From Candidatus Saccharimonadota bacterium (GTDB lineage: Bacteria > Pseudomonadota > Gammaproteobacteria > Enterobacterales > Enterobacteriaceae), in contig NZ_CP046222.1 of NCBI RefSeq assembly GCF_012571795.1, positions 420,819 through 452,818 on the forward strand: a DNA stretch of 32,000 nt, given 5' to 3'. The first letter of the stretch is position 1. Every line of letters starts with the position of its first letter. Made by a program: the position numbers and the translations under genes. Of the stretch, positions 28,374 through 32,000 are shown one piece after another. The notes under the pieces are model-generated. The model was not told the DNA's origin, ran no database searches, and was given only the letters and a program-made list of their open reading frames with translations.

Positions 28374-29151
28374 AAATTTTTTTAAAAATATATTATTATA
28401 TATAATTTATAGTTGGTTATATATACCAATTATTTTATTAATAATTAATTCTTTTAATTCATCTATTTTTGGTGTAGAATGGCACGGATTTAGTTTGAAA
28501 TGGTATACATTATTATTAAATAATTCACTGTTATTACAATCAACATATCATTCAATTATTATTGGTATATTATCTGCAACAATTACTACATGTATAGGAT
28601 TACTAACTGCATTATTTTTATATCATTTACATAATTATATAAAATATTTTATTAGTACATTATTATTTATAGTTATAATGTCTCCAGATATTGTTATGGC
28701 AATTTCTTTATTATTATTATTTATGTTATTACATTTTCCTTTGGGTTTTTTTTCTTTATTATGTGCACATATCACTTTTTGTTTGCCTTATGTTGTTATA
28801 ATAATGTATTCAAGATTAAATAATTTTGATAAACTTATGTTAGAAGCAGCAAAAGATTTAGGAGCTAATGATATTATTATTTTTAATAAAATAATACTAC
28901 CACTCATTTTACCTGCTATTATTTCTAGTTGGCTATTAAGTTTTGCTTTATCAATTGATGATATTACAATATCATCATTTGTTAGTAGTCCTAGTTATGA
29001 AACGTTACCATTAAGAATTTATTCAATGGCAAAAATCGGTGCCACACCAGAAATAAATGCATTGGCAACTATATTAATAACTATATCAATAATATTAGTT
29101 TTTTTAAGTAAAAAATTTTTAGATAAATATTCTAAAGATATTGTGTTATAA
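28336..29151 (+). CDS. potC: Spermidine/putrescine ABC transporter permease
   Basis: [42 protein letters not shown] and SSFV..PSYE.LPL.IYSM.K.G..PE.NALATIL. Start is uncertain. ATG 28336 gives a 38-nt overlap with potB. ATG 28366 (MCKNFF..., 8-nt overlap) matches the E. coli N-terminal length better. Confidence 0.92.
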   Translation: MVKIIRILQIMCKNFFKNILLYIIYSWLYIPIILLIINSFNSSIFGVEWHGFSLKWYTLLLNNSLLLQSTYHSIIIGILSATITTCIGLLTALFLYHLHNYIKYFISTLLFIVIMSPDIVMAISLLLLFMLLHFPLGFFSLLCAHITFCLPYVVIIMYSRLNNFDKLMLEAAKDLGANDIIIFNKIILPLILPAIISSWLLSFALSIDDITISSFVSSPSYETLPLRIYSMAKIGATPEINALATILITISIILVFLSKKFLDKYSKDIVL

Positions 29152-29172
29152 TTTTTTTACAATAAATAAAAT

Positions 29173-29985
29173 TTATTTTTGACAATTAGGACAATAAAAA
29201 CTACTTCTATTTCTTTGATATATTTTTATAATCATTGTATTACATATATAACATGGTTGATTAGCTTTATTATAAACATGTAAGTATTGTGTAAAATTAC
29301 CCAAAATATTATTTGGTTGTTTGTAATTATTAATAGTTGTACCACCGTATATAATAGATTGTGTTAAAATATATTTTATATTTTTTACTAAGTTTGTTAT
29401 TTCTATAAAAGATAAATCCTTTGCAACTCTAAAAGGTAAAATTTTAGATAAAAATAAAGACTCATTAGCATATATATTACCTACTCCTGTAATAATATTA
29501 TTTTCCATGAGTAATACTTTTATTGGTATTTTTTTTGTTTGAATAATATTATACATATATAAATTATTAAATTCTACATGTAAAGGTTCTAAACCTAATT
29601 TACTTAAAAAAATATTTGTTTTATATTGTAATGATTCCCATAACCAAAAACCAAATTTTCTAGGATCATTATAACGTAATACAAATTTATTATTAATTAT
29701 TAAATCAATATAATCATGTTTAGTAGGCAGTATATTTTTTTTAATAATAGTTAAACTGCCTGACATACCTAAATGTATAATAATAGCATTATTTAATAAT
29801 ATTAAAATAAGATATCTACCTCTACGTTTTACATTAATAATTTTTTGATTATATAATGTAAATATTTCAGAAGGAATATTATATCTTAATTTATTTGTTC
29901 TAATAATAGCATAATTAATTATATTATTTTTGATTTTGTTTTTAATAATAGTTTTAATAACTTCCACTTCAGGTAATTCAGGCAT
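29173..29985 (-). CDS. mutM: Formamidopyrimidine-DNA glycosylase (Fpg)
   Basis: 270 aa. The N-terminus is MPELPEVE (catalytic Pro2, Glu3). Also GMSG, NDPRKFG and GN.YA.E.LF. The C-terminal zinc finger is C-x2-C-x16-C-x2-C (CYICNTMIIKIYQRNRSSFYCPNCQK). Confidence 0.94.
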   Translation of the reverse strand: MPELPEVEVIKTIIKNKIKNNIINYAIIRTNKLRYNIPSEIFTLYNQKIINVKRRGRYLILILLNNAIIIHLGMSGSLTIIKKNILPTKHDYIDLIINNKFVLRYNDPRKFGFWLWESLQYKTNIFLSKLGLEPLHVEFNNLYMYNIIQTKKIPIKVLLMENNIITGVGNIYANESLFLSKILPFRVAKDLSFIEITNLVKNIKYILTQSIIYGGTTINNYKQPNNILGNFTQYLHVYNKANQPCYICNTMIIKIYQRNRSSFYCPNCQK

Positions 29986-30008
29986 ATAATTTCACTTATA
30001 TAATAATA

Positions 30009-31376
30009 TTATTTACCAATACAAAATTGTGAAAAAATATGATCTAACAAGTTTTGTGATGTAAATTTACCAGTAATTACATCTAATTCTATTTGTATTA
30101 ATCTTAAATTTTCAGAGATTAATTCTAAATTTATATATTTTTTAGAATAACATTTTTGTAGGCAATCTTGTAAAAAATTATATATCTTATTAAAAGAATC
30201 TATATATCTTTGTTTAGATGTAAATTCATCTTCAGTATTATTATGAGGAATAATATTATTACTAATAAAATCTTTTAATAAAGATAATCCTTGTTTAGTA
30301 TGTATAGATATTCTAATACTAATTATATTATCATTTTTAATTATTTCTGGTTGTTTTTTTGTTATATCTATTTTATTTCTAATAATAATAATTGGAGTAT
30401 TATTTTTAATAAATTTTTGTAAATAATTTTTTATTTCATATAATTTTTGTTTATTAATATTATCTTCTACTACTAAAAAAACATAATTTGCCATACTAAT
30501 TTCTTTTAAAGCTTTATTAATACCAATATTTTCAATATAATTATTAGTTTTTCTTATACCGGCTGTGTCAATAATTTTTATTGGTATGGATTCTATATAT
30601 ATGTGTTCATATATAATATCTCTAGTAGTGCCAGGAATATCTGTAATAATTGATACATCTTTTCCTGATAAAAAATTAATTAAACTAGATTTACCAGAAT
30701 TTGTTGGGCCAACTAATATAATTTTAATACCTTCTTGTGTTTTTAAATTATATTTTAAATATTCTACAATTTTTTTACTATCTTGTAATAAAATTTGTAA
30801 TTTTATAAAAATTTTTTGATATATAACATCTGAATGATGAAATGAAAATTCAATTAATGATTCTATTTTAGTTCTAATATTAATTATTTGTTTATTAAAT
30901 GGTTTAAAAAATTTTGATAAATAACCATTCATTAAATTCATGGCAGAAAAAATAGCTGATTTACAATCAGCATTAATAATATCAGAAATAGCTTCTGCTT
31001 GTGTTAAATCAATTTTATTATTTAAAAAAGCACGTTCTGTAAATTCACCAGGTTTAGCTATTCTAATATGAGATATATTATTAATAATATTATTAATTAA
31101 TAAATCTAATAATATATTATTACCATGACAATGTAATTCTAAAACATCTTCACCAGTATATGAATATGGTTTAGGAAACCATAATGCTATACCCTTGTCT
31201 ATTATTTTATGTTTATAAAAAAAAGGTAAATAATTAGCATATCTTGGTTTTAAAGAATTAATCTTTAAAACATATTTAATAACATGTAATGTATGCACAC
31301 CAGATATACGAATCACACCAATACTACCCCTACCTGATGGTGTTGCTTTTGCAATAATTGTATCTATATTTTTCAC
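30009..31376 (-). CDS. mnmE: tRNA modification GTPase MnmE
   Basis: 455 aa: DTIIAKATP.GRGSIGVIRISG, GEDV.E.HCHG, PGEFTERAFLN.K.DL.QAEA, G-domain GPTNSGKSSL, DIPGTTRD, DTAGIR and the terminal FCIGK. The start is GTG (31376-31374). It is in the same frame as the yidC stop 18 nt upstream, with no intervening ATG. Confidence 0.94.
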   Translation of the reverse strand: MKNIDTIIAKATPSGRGSIGVIRISGVHTLHVIKYVLKINSLKPRYANYLPFFYKHKIIDKGIALWFPKPYSYTGEDVLELHCHGNNILLDLLINNIINNISHIRIAKPGEFTERAFLNNKIDLTQAEAISDIINADCKSAIFSAMNLMNGYLSKFFKPFNKQIINIRTKIESLIEFSFHHSDVIYQKIFIKLQILLQDSKKIVEYLKYNLKTQEGIKIILVGPTNSGKSSLINFLSGKDVSIITDIPGTTRDIIYEHIYIESIPIKIIDTAGIRKTNNYIENIGINKALKEISMANYVFLVVEDNINKQKLYEIKNYLQKFIKNNTPIIIIRNKIDITKKQPEIIKNDNIISIRISIHTKQGLSLLKDFISNNIIPHNNTEDEFTSKQRYIDSFNKIYNFLQDCLQKCYSKKYINLELISENLRLIQIELDVITGKFTSQNLLDHIFSQFCIGK

Positions 31377-31394
31377 TATTATATATTTATTTAA

Positions 31395-32000
31395 TTAATG
31401 TATATGTTTTATATTTGTATATATTTTATCATAAATAAAACCTTGTTGTATAATTGTAATTATATTACTAATTATATAATATAAAACTAATCCAGATGGA
31501 AACCATAAAAAAAATAAACTAAAAATACAAGGTATAATATATATAAATAATTTTTGTATAACATCTTGTTTTTCATAATTGTTAACAGATATTTTTTGCA
31601 TAAAAAATATTGTTATACCCATAATAACAGGAAAAATATAATATGGATCTTCAGCAGATAAATCTTTTATCCATAAAAAAAATGGTGCATGACGTAATTC
31701 TACAGAATTTATTAAAATATAATATAAAGATAAAAAAATTGGCATTTGTATTATAAATGGTAAACATCCTGATAAAGGATTTAATTTTTCTTTTTGATAT
31801 AAATTAATAATTTCTTTACTTAAACGATTTTTGTCATTATTAAATTTTATCTTTAAACTTTTAATTTTTGGTTGTAACATACGCATTTTTATCATAGTTA
31901 TATATTGCATTTTTGATAAAGGATATGTCACAATTCTTACAATACAAGTAATAATAATAATAGATATTCCCCAGTTTCCTATTAAATTATATATATAATT
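31395..32000 (-). CDS. yidC: Membrane protein insertase YidC, C-terminal part (5' end lies outside the window)
   Basis: The minus-strand frame stays open to nt 32000. It reads ...[26 protein letters not shown]..., so the GTG at 31931 in the ORF track is internal. [47 protein letters not shown] and [13 protein letters not shown] match E. coli YidC. Confidence 0.94.
   Translation of the reverse strand, partial: NYIYNLIGNWGISIIIITCIVRIVTYPLSKMQYITMIKMRMLQPKIKSLKIKFNNDKNRLSKEIINLYQKEKLNPLSGCLPFIIQMPIFLSLYYILINSVELRHAPFFLWIKDLSAEDPYYIFPVIMGITIFFMQKISVNNYEKQDVIQKLFIYIIPCIFSLFFLWFPSGLVLYYIISNIITIIQQGFIYDKIYTNIKHIH

Noticed and set aside
30565-30819. 84-aa ORF on the plus strand.
   Set aside because: It is antisense to the mnmE G-domain (GKSSL and DTAG are encoded opposite). 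Shadow ORF.
1-32000. I looked for tRNA, rRNA or other structured RNA genes, CRISPR repeats, IS or transposon ends, integrases, phage genes, and an alternative genetic code (UGA as Trp).
   Set aside because: No G+C-enriched islands occur in any spacer, which is how tRNAs normally stand out in such genomes. I noticed no repeated direct or inverted units longer than about 20 bp, and no unassigned ORFs. All 27 genes are intact under code 11. Conserved Trp positions are TGG, for example nrdB PIPWMDSW at about nt 433-456.

Overview
The window is extremely A+T-rich (over 80% by eye), gene-dense DNA. It looks like a reduced, Enterobacterales-derived obligate insect endosymbiont genome of the Buchnera, Blochmannia or Wigglesworthia type; I cannot name the species. 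Proteins are strongly I/K/N/Y/F-biased but align almost residue for residue with E. coli K-12 orthologues recalled from memory. I call 27 intact housekeeping CDSs under genetic code 11. In order they are nrdB (5' partial), ydgI/arcD-like antiporter, ybgI, ffh-rpsP-rimM-trmD-rplS, recC-recB-recD, mutH, lysA, ptsH-ptsI-crr, ruvC-yebC-aspS, argS, mnmA, potABC, mutM and mnmE-yidC (yidC 5' partial). I found no tRNA, rRNA, CRISPR array, IS or transposon, phage gene or G+C-rich island. All intergenic DNA is short (10-427 bp) and almost pure A/T. I found no evidence of a novel biological system. The only system-like cluster (recC-recB-recD plus mutH: helicases and nucleases) is canonical RecBCD and MutH. 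The points worth a second look are modest and typical of genome reduction. They are potABC without potD, ruvC without adjacent ruvAB, motif-intact recBCD and mutH, many in-frame poly(A) tracts of 10 nt or more (up to 13 nt in potA), one G/C-containing intergenic hairpin, a 427-bp empty spacer, TTG and GTG start codons, and a methionine-depleted Ffh M-domain.
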